Positions 1-9,861 of a stretch of 64,000 nt of DNA are shown here, piece by piece (position 1 is the stretch's first letter; each line of letters starts with the position of its first letter). The translations under genes and the position numbers were made by a program. The notes beneath the pieces were generated by a model. It searched no databases. It saw nothing but the letters and a program-made list of their open reading frames with translations, and had not been told where the DNA came from. The DNA lies in contig CAYTMU010000010.1 in assembly GCA_964438975.1 (NCBI GenBank), positions 20,513 to 84,512 on the forward strand, written 5' to 3'. This DNA comes from an uncultured Roseivirgaceae bacterium. Lineage in GTDB: Bacteria; Bacteroidota; Bacteroidia; Cytophagales; Cyclobacteriaceae.

Positions 1-143
1 ATGGAATGACCGCCGACTGGGCGCATTTGCCTTACGAGTTCCTGGCCGAAATGTCAAACGAGATCATCAACAGGGTGAAAGGCGTGAACAGAGTGGTATA
101 TGACATCAGTTCGAAGCCACCTGCTACTATTGAATGGGAATAG
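1..143 (+). CDS. guaA: GMP synthase (glutamine-hydrolysing), 3' end only; the gene starts upstream of the window
   Basis: Frame 3 reads ...[38 protein letters not shown], with stop TAG at 141-143. The [16 protein letters not shown] tail is the recognisable conserved C-terminus of GuaA. Confidence 0.8.
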   Translation, partial: GMTADWAHLPYEFLAEMSNEIINRVKGVNRVVYDISSKPPATIEWE

Positions 144-156
144 ACGAAATCATATC

Positions 157-1872
157 ATGAAGAGGTTTGTACTTTCCGTTGTGCTTGCGGCGGTGTCCGT
201 TGCGGGATGGAGCCAGATTGACTACGCACGACAATATCAGAACGGCAAAGATCTTTTCCGCCAGGGAAAATACAGTCTCGCTATGGAGACTTTCAAACCA
301 CTGATTGCTTACGACCAGGGCAATCCCTATTCCGCGTACGCATCATTCTACTACGCGCTTTCTGCCTACCGGCAGGGGTATACAACGGTGGCTAAGGATA
401 TGTTCCTTCAGATTCGCACGGTGCATCCTAAGTGGGATAAGATCGATGAGGTGAACCTATGGCTTGCCCAGACCTATCTGGACGATGCCGATTACTTTCA
501 GGCGGTCAAGATCCTCAATGGGATTCAGAATAAGCGGATGGCGGAATCGATTGAAGGTATCAAACACCAACATCTATCGGCGATCGAGGACAACGAAACG
601 CTTCGGATGCTAAACGAAGAGTACCCGAAAGATGACGTGATAGCGCGATTGCTTGCGAAGGCGTTGAGGGAAGACCTTTCAGACCCGGAGGATAAACAGA
701 TGCTGGAGCGTCTGATCGACCAGTTCAAATTCGAACGCGCCGATTTTATTCCGGAGGCACCAAAGACATTTCACAAAGACCGTTATGCGGTGGCTGTGTT
801 GCTGCCGTTTATGTTGAACGAATTGGACCCCAGCCCGGGAAAGAAACGCAACCAGATTGTACTCGATTTTTACGAAGGTATCCGGCTGGCGCTTGACTCC
901 CTGAACAGACGGGGAACACCCATAACTTTGCGGGCCTACGACACCCAGCCGGGGCTTGATAACCTTCGGCGATTGTTGCAGACGGAAGAATTCAAGAACG
1001 CTGATCTTGTGATCGGTCCGCTTTATCCCAACGAGAACCAGATAGTCCAGCAATTTTCATTGAATAACCAGGTGAATGTTGTCAACCCTTTTACCAACAA
1101 CAAGGAATTGATTGGGAACAATCCCTATGCGTATATGTTCCAGCCCTCCTCCGAGACGCTGGGTAAGAAGGCCGCTGAGTACATCGCGGAACGTTCGCGG
1201 AAACCTGTGTGTGTTGTATTCTCGGGGATGAGTACACGGGATTCCGCATTGGCAGCAAGCTTTGTAGAGAAGGCGCAGGAGATGGGCGTTCAGGTCGTTA
1301 TTAACCGCGCGTTTGAAAAGGAGAATGCAACTGACATCATGAATATTCTCGCGACTGCAACAGAGTTCGACGAGTTCAAGTTCCCCACGCAGTTCACGCT
1401 GAAGAAAGATAGTATCGGCAGCATCTTCGTCGCGACCGACGACCCCTTGATCTATACCAAAGTAATCAGCGCTGTAGAAACCCGCGGCGACTCAGTAATG
1501 ATCGTCGGGTCCGAGAACTGGATCGATGACACGGCGGTTGCATTCGAAAAATACCAGCTCCTGGGAGTGAACTTTACTGCACCGAATTTCGTGGCGACAA
1601 ATAATCCGCGCCGCAAGCGTTTCGACGAACTCTACCTGCGACGATACGGCAAGGCAGCAACTAACCTCGCGCTCCGGGGATACGAAATGATGCTCTTTTT
1701 TGGAAGTCAGCTTCAGAAGAATGGAGTGTATTTTCAGGATGCTCTCAACAACACGGAGTTTGTTCCCGGCCATCTGTTCCAGGGATTCCGGTATCAATTC
1801 AGCCGAGACAACCAGGCAATTCCTTTCGTGCGGTTCAGAGGTGGCGTTTTGACCCTCGTTGAGACAAAGTGA
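157..1872 (+). CDS. Exported TPR-like + type-1 periplasmic-binding-fold (LivK/Peripla_BP_6-like) protein
   Basis: ATG at 157 gives MKRFVLSVVLAAVSVAGWSQ, a signal-peptide-like start; the ORF-track start at 100 adds a non-hydrophobic extension. The first ~190 aa are helical-repeat-like. The remainder resembles a Leu/Ile/Val-binding-protein fold (VAVLLPF..., DLVIGPL..., VVFSG...). Confidence 0.65.
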   Translation: MKRFVLSVVLAAVSVAGWSQIDYARQYQNGKDLFRQGKYSLAMETFKPLIAYDQGNPYSAYASFYYALSAYRQGYTTVAKDMFLQIRTVHPKWDKIDEVNLWLAQTYLDDADYFQAVKILNGIQNKRMAESIEGIKHQHLSAIEDNETLRMLNEEYPKDDVIARLLAKALREDLSDPEDKQMLERLIDQFKFERADFIPEAPKTFHKDRYAVAVLLPFMLNELDPSPGKKRNQIVLDFYEGIRLALDSLNRRGTPITLRAYDTQPGLDNLRRLLQTEEFKNADLVIGPLYPNENQIVQQFSLNNQVNVVNPFTNNKELIGNNPYAYMFQPSSETLGKKAAEYIAERSRKPVCVVFSGMSTRDSALAASFVEKAQEMGVQVVINRAFEKENATDIMNILATATEFDEFKFPTQFTLKKDSIGSIFVATDDPLIYTKVISAVETRGDSVMIVGSENWIDDTAVAFEKYQLLGVNFTAPNFVATNNPRRKRFDELYLRRYGKAATNLALRGYEMMLFFGSQLQKNGVYFQDALNNTEFVPGHLFQGFRYQFSRDNQAIPFVRFRGGVLTLVETK

Positions 1873-1927
1873 TCTTTGAGTATGAAGACGCCGGGCGCCG
1901 TCCTTCGCCTGGCAGGTAAATAATATT

Positions 1928-3217
1928 ATGAAGCAGAACAGTCGAAGCAAGAGCCTTTTTGAAAGGGCACAGAAGTTTATTCCCGGCGGAGTGAATTCTC
2001 CCGTGCGCGCATTTCGCGCTGTGGGCGGAACCCCGCTATTCATCAAGAGAGCTCAGGGGCCATTTCTCTACGACGAGGACGACAATGAGTACGTTGACAT
2101 GATCAACTCATGGGGGCCAATGGTACTTGGACACGGCCATGAGGGAGTCGAGAATGCGGTCAGGGAGGCATTGGCGGATTCTCCTTCGTTTGGAGCTCCC
2201 ACTGCGCGCGAAGTTGAAATGGCCGAACTGATCTGCACCATGGTTCCTTCGGTTGAAAGAGTCAGGATGGTTAACTCGGGCACCGAGGCGACCATGTCGG
2301 CCATTCGTGTTGCGAGAGGGTTTACAGGACGCGACAAGATCATCAAAATGGAGGGATGCTATCACGGTCATGGAGATTCGTTCCTCATCGCTGCAGGTAG
2401 TGGGGCAATGACATTTGGATCTCCTGATAGCCCGGGTGTAACCAGAGGCACAGCGCAGGATACACTCACAGCACCGTTCAATGATCTCGATGCTGTCGCC
2501 GCGTTGGTGCAAAGCAATCCTGACGAAATAGCCGCGATCATTCTCGAACCAGTGGTCGGCAACATGGGATGTGTCCCGCCACTTCCAGGATATCTCACGG
2601 GGCTTCGTGAGCTTTGCACCAGGCATGAAATACTTCTGATTTTTGACGAGGTTATGACGGGATTCCGATTGGCTCGGGGCGGTGCCCAGGAGTTGTTCGG
2701 CATACTGCCAGACCTGACGACACTTGGGAAGATCATCGGAGGCGGACTTCCGGTTGGCGCCTATGGTGGCCGGAAGGAGATCATGGACTTCGTTTCACCA
2801 GCGGGACCGGTGTACCAGGCAGGAACACTTTCAGGAAATCCGATCGCGATGGCTGCGGGGCTGGCATTGCTGAATGAATTGAATGCAGATCCTGCGATAT
2901 ACCAGGAGTTGAACGAGACGTCCACCTACCTTGCTGAGACTTTGAAGAAACAGGTTGCTGACAAAGGATTATCGTTTACGGTGAATCAGGTCGGATCGAT
3001 GTTCACCTTGTTTTTTACCGATGCGGTTGTGACCGATTTTGACACAGCCCGAAAGTCGGATACGAAACTGTACGGAAAGTACTTCCACGCTATGTTGAAT
3101 CGGGGTATCTATCTTGCCCCTTCACAGTTCGAGGCGTTATTTGTTTCGCGAGCAATCACCCGCGCGATTGCCGACCGGGTGCTTACGGCGAGCGAAGATT
3201 CGCTAAAGGAACTGTAA
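1928..3217 (+). CDS. hemL: Glutamate-1-semialdehyde 2,1-aminomutase
   Basis: N-terminus [30 protein letters not shown], class-III aminotransferase body, length 429 aa. Confidence 0.95.
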   Translation: MKQNSRSKSLFERAQKFIPGGVNSPVRAFRAVGGTPLFIKRAQGPFLYDEDDNEYVDMINSWGPMVLGHGHEGVENAVREALADSPSFGAPTAREVEMAELICTMVPSVERVRMVNSGTEATMSAIRVARGFTGRDKIIKMEGCYHGHGDSFLIAAGSGAMTFGSPDSPGVTRGTAQDTLTAPFNDLDAVAALVQSNPDEIAAIILEPVVGNMGCVPPLPGYLTGLRELCTRHEILLIFDEVMTGFRLARGGAQELFGILPDLTTLGKIIGGGLPVGAYGGRKEIMDFVSPAGPVYQAGTLSGNPIAMAAGLALLNELNADPAIYQELNETSTYLAETLKKQVADKGLSFTVNQVGSMFTLFFTDAVVTDFDTARKSDTKLYGKYFHAMLNRGIYLAPSQFEALFVSRAITRAIADRVLTASEDSLKEL

Positions 3218-3220
3218 ATG

Positions 3221-3255
3221 AAAAAGCCAGGAATAAACTTCTGTTATTCCTGGCT
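3221..3255 (-). terminator. Intrinsic terminator hairpin for the minus-strand TPR/tonB-cluster transcript; may also stop hemL
   Basis: Perfect 12-bp stem agccaggaataa (3225-3236) / ttattcctggct (3244-3255) with a 7-nt loop. The A-run at 3221-3225 becomes a U-tract on the minus strand. It lies between the convergent hemL and TPR genes. Confidence 0.65.
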
Positions 3256-3291
3256 TGAAGTCAGACTGCATATTCCGACATTACCCCATCA

Positions 3292-4938
3292 TCACTGCTC
3301 CCTGAGCGCCTGCATGAACTCCTGGGCTCTCGGGTTCTTGGGATCGAGTTGAAGTATTCGTTTGAAGTAGTCGGTTGCCGCTGCCACGTTGTTCTTGTGG
3401 TGAAGCGCATATTGTCCGAGGTAGTCATAAGCCTCTATGATGTTCTTTTTCTCGCTGGCCTTCTGAAGGTTCTCCGGGTTTGCAAGCGCGAGTTCAAGGT
3501 ATTTCTCATACATCGGCACGGCTAGCCCTTCGGTCCCGGTAGAGTCGACCTGTACCCTGGCCTTGGCTGCCCAAAGGAATCCGAGAGAACTCTGTGGTTG
3601 TTCCTCCGCCAGGTTTGTAAAGGCGGTATCAGCTTTGTGAAAGTCCTGCGCGTAGTAGCTCGACCATCCCATCCAGAACAAGTCGTAAGGCGACGGTGTC
3701 ACTTCAGCTGCACGCTTGGCACTCACGAGTGTCTTATACGACTCGGCCGCCTGTTCAAACTCCTGGCGTTTGCGATAAGTCTCTGCCTGTAATTCCATCA
3801 GGTCAAAGTCCTGGCGAGCAGTGTCCAACTCGATCCCCTTCGCAAAGGCGTCATTCGCAAGTGAGTCTTGTTTCAACTCAATAAGGAGTTTACCATACGC
3901 GCCGTAGTCGGACGATTGAACTTCCGTTGGTTTTGCGATCTCGAAGAATTTTTCGAAGACCGGCTTAGCCTCGTCGTACTTCTTTTGCTCGAGCAGCGAT
4001 CGACCGTAAAATTTCCATGCGGTAGCGGACGCATTTCTGTCGCTGAGTACTTCCTTGAAGACGGCATTCGCCTTTTCGTAATCTTTGTTCATCACGTGGA
4101 AAAACGCGAGTTGGAATCTTCCTTCACCTGGTTTTTCAGTGATGCTGAGATACTTCTCCATCGAGGAAACGGCCATCGGAGCTTCCTTCTTCAGATAGTG
4201 GATCTCGGCGAGTTCTTTCCATGCCGGGGCAAACTCGGGATCTACCGTGACCGCCTTGTTGAGGTATTCGAGCACGACCGGCTCATTGCGCGAGCGTTGA
4301 TAGACCTTTGCAATTTTATACAGAGGCAGCGCCCATTTGGAGTCAGCGCTCGCAGCGCGTTCATAACTGCTCACGGCAGGGCCACCCTGGTTCTGCTGCA
4401 GGTATGCTTCACCGAGCAGCAGGTGTATTTCACGGTCGGCATTGTCAAGTGCCTTTGCCTTGTCGAGCGCAGAAATCGCGTCGAGGAGGAACTTGGAATC
4501 CGCGAGATATCCTCGTCCAACTGCCTCCCACTGAGGCGCGGTTTTCCGGCGATTCATATCAGCAGCCTGCGTGAGCAGAGCCTTCCCTTCGGCAGTATTC
4601 TTCTGCAGTATCTTGACATGTCCTTTTCCGGCGACGGGCAGGGGGTCTTTGCTGTCGTTGCTGATGCCCTTCTCGAATGTTGCTAGGGCCTTATCGAGGT
4701 CGCCCGCGATTATATAGCCAAGTCCGAGATAGTATTGGTGTTCCGGGGATTCCTGTGTTGCTTGTTCAAGTGCCGGGATCATTTTGGAAGGCTGCTCGAT
4801 CTCATAGTAGCGAAAGGCCTTCCGGATCTCCGGAGTTTGAGAAAAAGCCGTAGTAACTGACGCCAGGACAAGCAATACCAGCGTCAGGGGGCGCAACAAC
4901 TTGGTGCTTGGGTGGTCAGGGCTTCCTTGATATCTCAT
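3292..4938 (-). CDS. Exported tetratricopeptide-repeat protein, last gene of the exbB-tonB cluster
   Basis: Signal-like LTLVLLVLASVTTAFSQ, then repeated TPR-like 34-aa helical units (A..Y..LG..Y, KALD.. patterns). Same strand as the upstream TonB cluster. Confidence 0.8.
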   Translation of the reverse strand: MRYQGSPDHPSTKLLRPLTLVLLVLASVTTAFSQTPEIRKAFRYYEIEQPSKMIPALEQATQESPEHQYYLGLGYIIAGDLDKALATFEKGISNDSKDPLPVAGKGHVKILQKNTAEGKALLTQAADMNRRKTAPQWEAVGRGYLADSKFLLDAISALDKAKALDNADREIHLLLGEAYLQQNQGGPAVSSYERAASADSKWALPLYKIAKVYQRSRNEPVVLEYLNKAVTVDPEFAPAWKELAEIHYLKKEAPMAVSSMEKYLSITEKPGEGRFQLAFFHVMNKDYEKANAVFKEVLSDRNASATAWKFYGRSLLEQKKYDEAKPVFEKFFEIAKPTEVQSSDYGAYGKLLIELKQDSLANDAFAKGIELDTARQDFDLMELQAETYRKRQEFEQAAESYKTLVSAKRAAEVTPSPYDLFWMGWSSYYAQDFHKADTAFTNLAEEQPQSSLGFLWAAKARVQVDSTGTEGLAVPMYEKYLELALANPENLQKASEKKNIIEAYDYLGQYALHHKNNVAAATDYFKRILQLDPKNPRAQEFMQALREQ

Positions 4939-5020
4939 GGTCTACATCTATTTTGTTGACAATAATTGCTTTAAAATTCAAGGGTCCAATTTACAAATAA
5001 ACTGTGTTCATGACAGACAA

Positions 5021-5971
5021 TTACTCGATTTCAAGTGGCCTGCGGTTCACTTCGACAACCCTCAGGGGCATCGTCACCGGTACGAGTCCGGCCCTTAGCA
5101 CGATCCGCTGACCTCTCTCGCTGGCAACGAACGCCATGAAGCCGCTTCCCAGTCCCGCGCGCGCTTCGCGACTCAGGATTGTGATTCGCCGTGCGAGCGG
5201 GTAGTGTTTTAGGGCCAGGTACGCCTGATAAGGTTTGAAGTGCGTACTGTCACCGGCGACGCTCATTACCCGTACTCTTTGCAGGAAGGAATTCGAGGTA
5301 GAGTCGTCTTTATCGCTGATCCATTCCAATCCGATAAGTCCGAGTGCATTCTCATTCGCCGACACATAGTCGATCACACCCTCGTTATTCTTCACTGCGA
5401 AGGTATTATCCGGGAGTTCGTCCACTTGCGCGACAGAGTCTTTCAAATGCCGGATAAGACCCGAGTTCGGGTTATCAAACACAATCTCTATGCCAGCGTT
5501 GTTATTCCCGCCCAGATCGCTCCATTTGCCGATTTTTCCCTGCAAAACAGCGCGGAGCTGCTCCATAGTAATGAGCGTATCGCGGTTGTTGCGGTGGACG
5601 ATCAGAGCCACGGCGCTGAGGGCCACATCGAGTTCAGTCGGCGTGATCTTGAGTGATCTGAAATAATCCTTTTCCTCTTCGGTAAATTTTCGCGTAACGA
5701 TGGCGAGGCGTGCGCTATCGTCGAGCAGCGCATTTAAAGCTTCTGCTTCGGGCAAGTAGACCGTTTCGATATCGGCTCGCTTGTACAAAGCTTCGAACAT
5801 GCTTACCTCGGCCTCGACGAGAGGTCGAAGTGATTCATCTGCTGCAATCTTGATAAACCCCTGGGTAGGGGAGTCGAGCGGGCGTCCATGTTTATCGCGG
5901 TCGCGGCCACATCCGGCAAGCAGCAGGATTAGGAGCGCCAGCACTAACGGCATTTTCACGATCGTTCTCAT
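5021..5971 (-). CDS. PstS-family / PBP-like substrate-binding lipoprotein
   Basis: Lipobox LLLAGCG near the N-terminus and a type-2 periplasmic binding fold (FIKIAADESL..., GLIGLEW...). The start overlaps the stop of the upstream small ORF by 4 nt (ATGA). An alternative ATG lies at 5953. Confidence 0.7.
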   Translation of the reverse strand: MRTIVKMPLVLALLILLLAGCGRDRDKHGRPLDSPTQGFIKIAADESLRPLVEAEVSMFEALYKRADIETVYLPEAEALNALLDDSARLAIVTRKFTEEEKDYFRSLKITPTELDVALSAVALIVHRNNRDTLITMEQLRAVLQGKIGKWSDLGGNNNAGIEIVFDNPNSGLIRHLKDSVAQVDELPDNTFAVKNNEGVIDYVSANENALGLIGLEWISDKDDSTSNSFLQRVRVMSVAGDSTHFKPYQAYLALKHYPLARRITILSREARAGLGSGFMAFVASERGQRIVLRAGLVPVTMPLRVVEVNRRPLEIE

Positions 5972-6189
5972 GTCCAGTATTTCTTATAGTACTTGTATCC
6001 GCGATAGGCTCCGAAGAGGAATAAGATAATTCCGAAGGGAATTCTGTAGTGTTCCGGTACTCTCTCGTCGGGTATATAAAAAATAAAGGTTGTACCGAGT
6101 ATGAAATACAGTACAACCATTATTATTCCAAAGACCCGTCCGACGGCTTTCGCCAAATCGAGTTTCCGATCTTCGCTTTCGTCCTCCAA
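5968..6189 (-). CDS. Small two-TM membrane protein (73 codons) wedged between tonB and the pstS-like gene
   Basis: Two hydrophobic helices (VFGIIMVVLYFILGTTFIFY; IPFGIILFLFGAY) and a basic KYYKKYW tail. The first codon is TTG at 6189, 2 nt after the tonB stop, and the first in-frame ATG would truncate TM1. The ORF overlaps the next gene by 4 nt. Confidence 0.5.
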   Translation of the reverse strand: MEDESEDRKLDLAKAVGRVFGIIMVVLYFILGTTFIFYIPDERVPEHYRIPFGIILFLFGAYRGYKYYKKYWT

Positions 6190-6191
6190 GT

Positions 6192-6983
6192 CTAGTTCAA
6201 TTGGAACTTGATCGGCAGAACAAATCGTACGAACACGGGCTTACCATTTTGTCTTCCAGGCTTCCACGGCGGCATCATTGATACCACGCGCATTGCTTCC
6301 TTATCACAGTCAGCGCTGATCCCACGGATCGTTTTTACTTCGCTGATGCTACCGTCTTTGCTTACGACGAAGCTCACATAGACCGTTCCATCAACACCCA
6401 TCCGCCGTGCGCTCGCCGGATATCTCATGTTTTTCTTGATAAAGGCCATCATTGCTGCATAGCCGCCTTCGAATTCAGGCTGTTGTTCAACTACGGTGAA
6501 GATCTTGTTCTCATCTTCCTCCACAACGACTTCGGCTACTGGCTCTTCAAACACGATCTCCGTTGGACCTTCGATCGCCACAGCTGCTACTTCGTGCTGC
6601 TTGATCTCCTCGATCGTCGGGATCTCTTCGACCACCTCTTCCTTCACGACTTTCGGCGGAACGAATTTGATCACCTTTTGCAGTTTTGGTAACTGCACTT
6701 GCGGTGGCGGTGGTTTGGGTTTGTCGATTGGCGGCGGCGCCGACAATTCGGTATACACGAGTTTCCTCGGAGGAGCCTTTTCTACGATCTCCTCTTTCTT
6801 GAACAGAGCCATAATATCAGGCGAATAAAACACCAGGGCCATGACCACCAGGGTTACCACAACGCCAAGCACCACGTTCTTGGAGTAGATGGTGCGGAGC
6901 ACATAGGCACCATATGCCTTGTTGCGGTTTTCGAAGACGATGTCTTCCCACCTGGGCGCCATTGGATTATTTGCTGCTTTCAT
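6192..6983 (-). CDS. tonB: Energy transducer TonB
   Basis: N-terminal FENRNKAYGAYVLR plus a TM helix, a Pro/Lys/Glu-rich linker (PPPIDKPKPPPPQVQLPK), and a C-terminal TonB domain (YPASARRMGVDGTVYVSFVVSKDGSISEVK). Confidence 0.88.
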   Translation of the reverse strand: MKAANNPMAPRWEDIVFENRNKAYGAYVLRTIYSKNVVLGVVVTLVVMALVFYSPDIMALFKKEEIVEKAPPRKLVYTELSAPPPIDKPKPPPPQVQLPKLQKVIKFVPPKVVKEEVVEEIPTIEEIKQHEVAAVAIEGPTEIVFEEPVAEVVVEEDENKIFTVVEQQPEFEGGYAAMMAFIKKNMRYPASARRMGVDGTVYVSFVVSKDGSISEVKTIRGISADCDKEAMRVVSMMPPWKPGRQNGKPVFVRFVLPIKFQLN

Positions 6984-7040
6984 AGTTTCTTACGTTTCTT
7001 CTACAAAGATGCTCGGAGCACCGAAATTCCATAAGGAAAA

Positions 7041-7577
7041 TCAGGGTTCCTGAGTAACTTCTTCAACCGGAATATTTCCCGTAATAATTGCCGTATCGTC
7101 CGGTGTGTAATCAACGATTGCATACCGTTTCGTGTCGGTGATATCCATTTCATCAAGGATAGTCACCATGTTCTCGTAGCGCGAATCATCCTTCGGCTTA
7201 ATAAGGACCATCATCTTTGGATTCGCCTGCGTATTTTGAAGGATTATCTTCCGAACACCGTCTTTCGAGTAATTTGTCTCGCTGACGGGCGGATCAAGAC
7301 CGATCCACCAGTAGATTTTGTCCCCCTCGGCCAAGACGAGATTCAGGATATCCCGCTCGTTGATCTTGGTCTGCTGGGTTTCATCGTCCACTTTGTCCGG
7401 CATGTTAACCTCCATGGTCTTGGGCTTATTGAACGTCGTAGTCAGAAGGAAGAACGTCAACAAAAGAAACGCCAAATCGACCATCGGCGTCATGTCAATC
7501 TTCGTTGACATTTTCTTCGCGCGAACCTTACCGCCTTTGCCCTTACCGCCGCCGCCACCTTGCTGTACTTCTGCCAT
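7041..7577 (-). CDS. exbD: Biopolymer transport protein ExbD/TolR
   Basis: IDMTPMVDLAFLLLTFFLL motif typical of ExbD. It sits in the exbB-exbD-exbD-tonB order. Confidence 0.9.
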   Translation of the reverse strand: MAEVQQGGGGGKGKGGKVRAKKMSTKIDMTPMVDLAFLLLTFFLLTTTFNKPKTMEVNMPDKVDDETQQTKINERDILNLVLAEGDKIYWWIGLDPPVSETNYSKDGVRKIILQNTQANPKMMVLIKPKDDSRYENMVTILDEMDITDTKRYAIVDYTPDDTAIITGNIPVEEVTQEP

Positions 7578-7596
7578 AACTTTATAACTTAATAAG

Positions 7597-8193
7597 TTAA
7601 ACTTCTTGTTCCAGTGTCGTGATCAGATTGAAACGCAACACTTTGCGGTCGATCAGCGTGCTGATAACGCGCTGAACTATCTTATAATTGGTGTCGCGAT
7701 CGCCTTTCACCGCTATGCGCACGCCGGGATTACTAATGCGAGCAAAGACAATCCAGTCGGCGAGTTCGTTTTGTACCGAATCCGAAGGAATGCCCGGCTG
7801 CTGAACCATTTTTCGCTCCTCGGGAGCCATGTCGAGAAATTGCGGAAGTGTCGCGAGCGGCACACCGAAGCCCGTCATGATCGAAAATGTGTTGAGCTGT
7901 TCACCGCTGAAGGCGATGCCGTACTTATCTCCCATCAGCCGCAGCATTTGCGCACGGTGGTTCTTGTTATCCATATCAAAGAACACCCGTCCGTCGTCGG
8001 CGATACTGATAATGATCCGATCTCTGTCTGGAAGTATAATTTCCGAAACCGACTTGGGAATATCCACCACCACTGGTTCATCTGGCGCGAACGTTGTCGT
8101 CAACATAAAGAAGGTAACGAGCAAGAACGCCAGGTCGACCATTGGGGTCATATCCAGGGATGGAGGATTCCGTTGTACTTTAATCTTTCCCAT
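7597..8193 (-). CDS. exbD: Biopolymer transport protein ExbD/TolR (second copy)
   Basis: LDMTPMVDLAFLLVTFFML motif. There is a 13-nt gap after exbB and a 19-nt gap before the next exbD. Confidence 0.9.
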   Translation of the reverse strand: MGKIKVQRNPPSLDMTPMVDLAFLLVTFFMLTTTFAPDEPVVVDIPKSVSEIILPDRDRIIISIADDGRVFFDMDNKNHRAQMLRLMGDKYGIAFSGEQLNTFSIMTGFGVPLATLPQFLDMAPEERKMVQQPGIPSDSVQNELADWIVFARISNPGVRIAVKGDRDTNYKIVQRVISTLIDRKVLRFNLITTLEQEV

Positions 8194-8206
8194 AATATTG
8201 GTTCAG

Positions 8207-9037
8207 TTATGCTTTCACTTCGCGACCTGCGCGAGCAGTGAAGTTCTGAATGATGCTATACGATGCTTCATCGATGCCATATGTCAATGAATCGATCTTG
8301 TTCGTAAAGTAGTTATAGAAGATGATCGCAAGAGCAGACGTACCTACACCAAGCGCCGTATTAATAAGGGCCTCGGAGATACCGTTTGCAAGGGCGACCG
8401 CGTCAGGAGCACCTGATGTTGCCATCGCCGTAAAGGCCGCGATCATACCGGTTACCGTTCCCAAGAGTCCCAACAGAGTCGCGACTGATGCGATCGTTGC
8501 GATGATCACAAGGTTCCGTTCCAGCATCGGCATCTCCAGCTGCGTGGTCTCTTCGATATCCTTCTGAACTAACAACACTTTTTTCTCCGGCTCTAGTTCA
8601 TTGTTCCGGGAGAGCTCATCGTATTTCAGCAAACCGGCTTTGACGACGTTCGCCACGGATCCGCGCTGGCGATCGCATTCCTGGATTGCCTGTGTGATCT
8701 TACCGTCTGAAATCAGCCCGCGAACCTTCGATACGAACCTTCTGACGCTACCGCGACCAGTAGCGCTGGAGATAGTAACGAAACGTTCAATAGCAAATGT
8801 CAGAAGGATCAACAACAGGGCGATCAGCGCAGCAACGACGATCCGACCTTTGTAAATAATGCCTAACCAGTTGCCGGGAAGCGGGTGATTGCTTGGATCG
8901 CCACCCTCGAAATTGGCCGGGTTACCGAGAACATATAGGTAAATAAGAACCGCAATGACAATTTCTAATGGAATAACAATTGCTGTAAAAGTTGATCTGA
9001 GGCTTTCTCCAAGTGAGCCACCACGTTTTTGTGCCAT
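8207..9037 (-). CDS. exbB: MotA/TolQ/ExbB proton-channel protein
   Basis: Three TM helices and the C-terminal conserved LGLLGTVTGMIAAF...ALINTALG segment. Confidence 0.9.
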   Translation of the reverse strand: MAQKRGGSLGESLRSTFTAIVIPLEIVIAVLIYLYVLGNPANFEGGDPSNHPLPGNWLGIIYKGRIVVAALIALLLILLTFAIERFVTISSATGRGSVRRFVSKVRGLISDGKITQAIQECDRQRGSVANVVKAGLLKYDELSRNNELEPEKKVLLVQKDIEETTQLEMPMLERNLVIIATIASVATLLGLLGTVTGMIAAFTAMATSGAPDAVALANGISEALINTALGVGTSALAIIFYNYFTNKIDSLTYGIDEASYSIIQNFTARAGREVKA

Positions 9038-9204
9038 GTTAATAGTAATTTAGGTTTCTAAGTTGATGTTAGTTGGTAAAAGTAATCAAAGAGGGTTAAA
9101 AATCCTGTTTTTCGCATGAACTGCAAAATAATTCTTAATTTTCTTTGGCCTGCCGGCTAACTCTGTATTGTTCTCTTGCGTTTAATACGTCGGTTTTCTC
9201 ACTG

Positions 9205-9861
9205 TTATTGTTCATCCTTTGCCAGGAGATTCCGGTTCTTGAACCAGGTGATCACCACGGGTATTGCCGAGACAAGGATCATGGTGATTACGATCAACTC
9301 CAGATAGGAGGTGATGTTGGGGAAGAGCCTGCCGAGGAAATGTCCTGCCAAAACCATTGTGACTATCCAGATTGTTGCACCTAAAAGGTTGAAAATCATA
9401 AATTTAGTAAAGTCTATGCGGGCCATTCCGGCGAGGATCGTCACGAACGTGCGAACCACCGGCAGGAATCGTCCGAGGATGAAGGCCATCATCCCGTGCT
9501 TCTCGTAGAACGCTTGTGTGATGTTGATGTACTTCTTCTTGAAGAAGAAACTGTCTTTCCGGTTCATGAGATAAGCTCCCGCCCAACGTCCCGTCAGATA
9601 CCCGACAAATGACCCGGAGATCGCCGCGATGATCAACAGTATAATAAGGACATAAACATTTATGTCGAGGTATTCCGATTCGGCGAGGAGGCCGGCTACA
9701 AAGAGCAGGGAGTCACCCGGGAGAAAGAACCCGAAGAATACACCTGTCTCTGCGAAGATTATCAACAGCAGAAGTCCCAGCCCTCCGAACTGAATGATTG
9801 TCTCTGGATTGAAGGTGTCAAAGATGGCAATGATGTTAACGAATTGAACGTCTGCAAACAT
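9205..9861 (-). CDS. DedA/SNARE-associated family membrane protein
   Basis: FLPGDSLLFVAG..., GRFLPVVRTF... motifs and multiple TM helices over 218 aa. Confidence 0.85.
   Translation of the reverse strand: MFADVQFVNIIAIFDTFNPETIIQFGGLGLLLLIIFAETGVFFGFFLPGDSLLFVAGLLAESEYLDINVYVLIILLIIAAISGSFVGYLTGRWAGAYLMNRKDSFFFKKKYINITQAFYEKHGMMAFILGRFLPVVRTFVTILAGMARIDFTKFMIFNLLGATIWIVTMVLAGHFLGRLFPNITSYLELIVITMILVSAIPVVITWFKNRNLLAKDEQ

Noticed and set aside
100-156. N-terminal extensions suggested by the longest-ORF track (starts at 100, 15283, 19245, 20832, 31062, 37321, 37793, 52209, 52792, 55980, 62827)
   Set aside because: In each case an internal start gives a canonical family N-terminus or signal peptide and removes an overlap with the upstream gene. 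The extensions are unconserved-looking and often begin with non-ATG codons.
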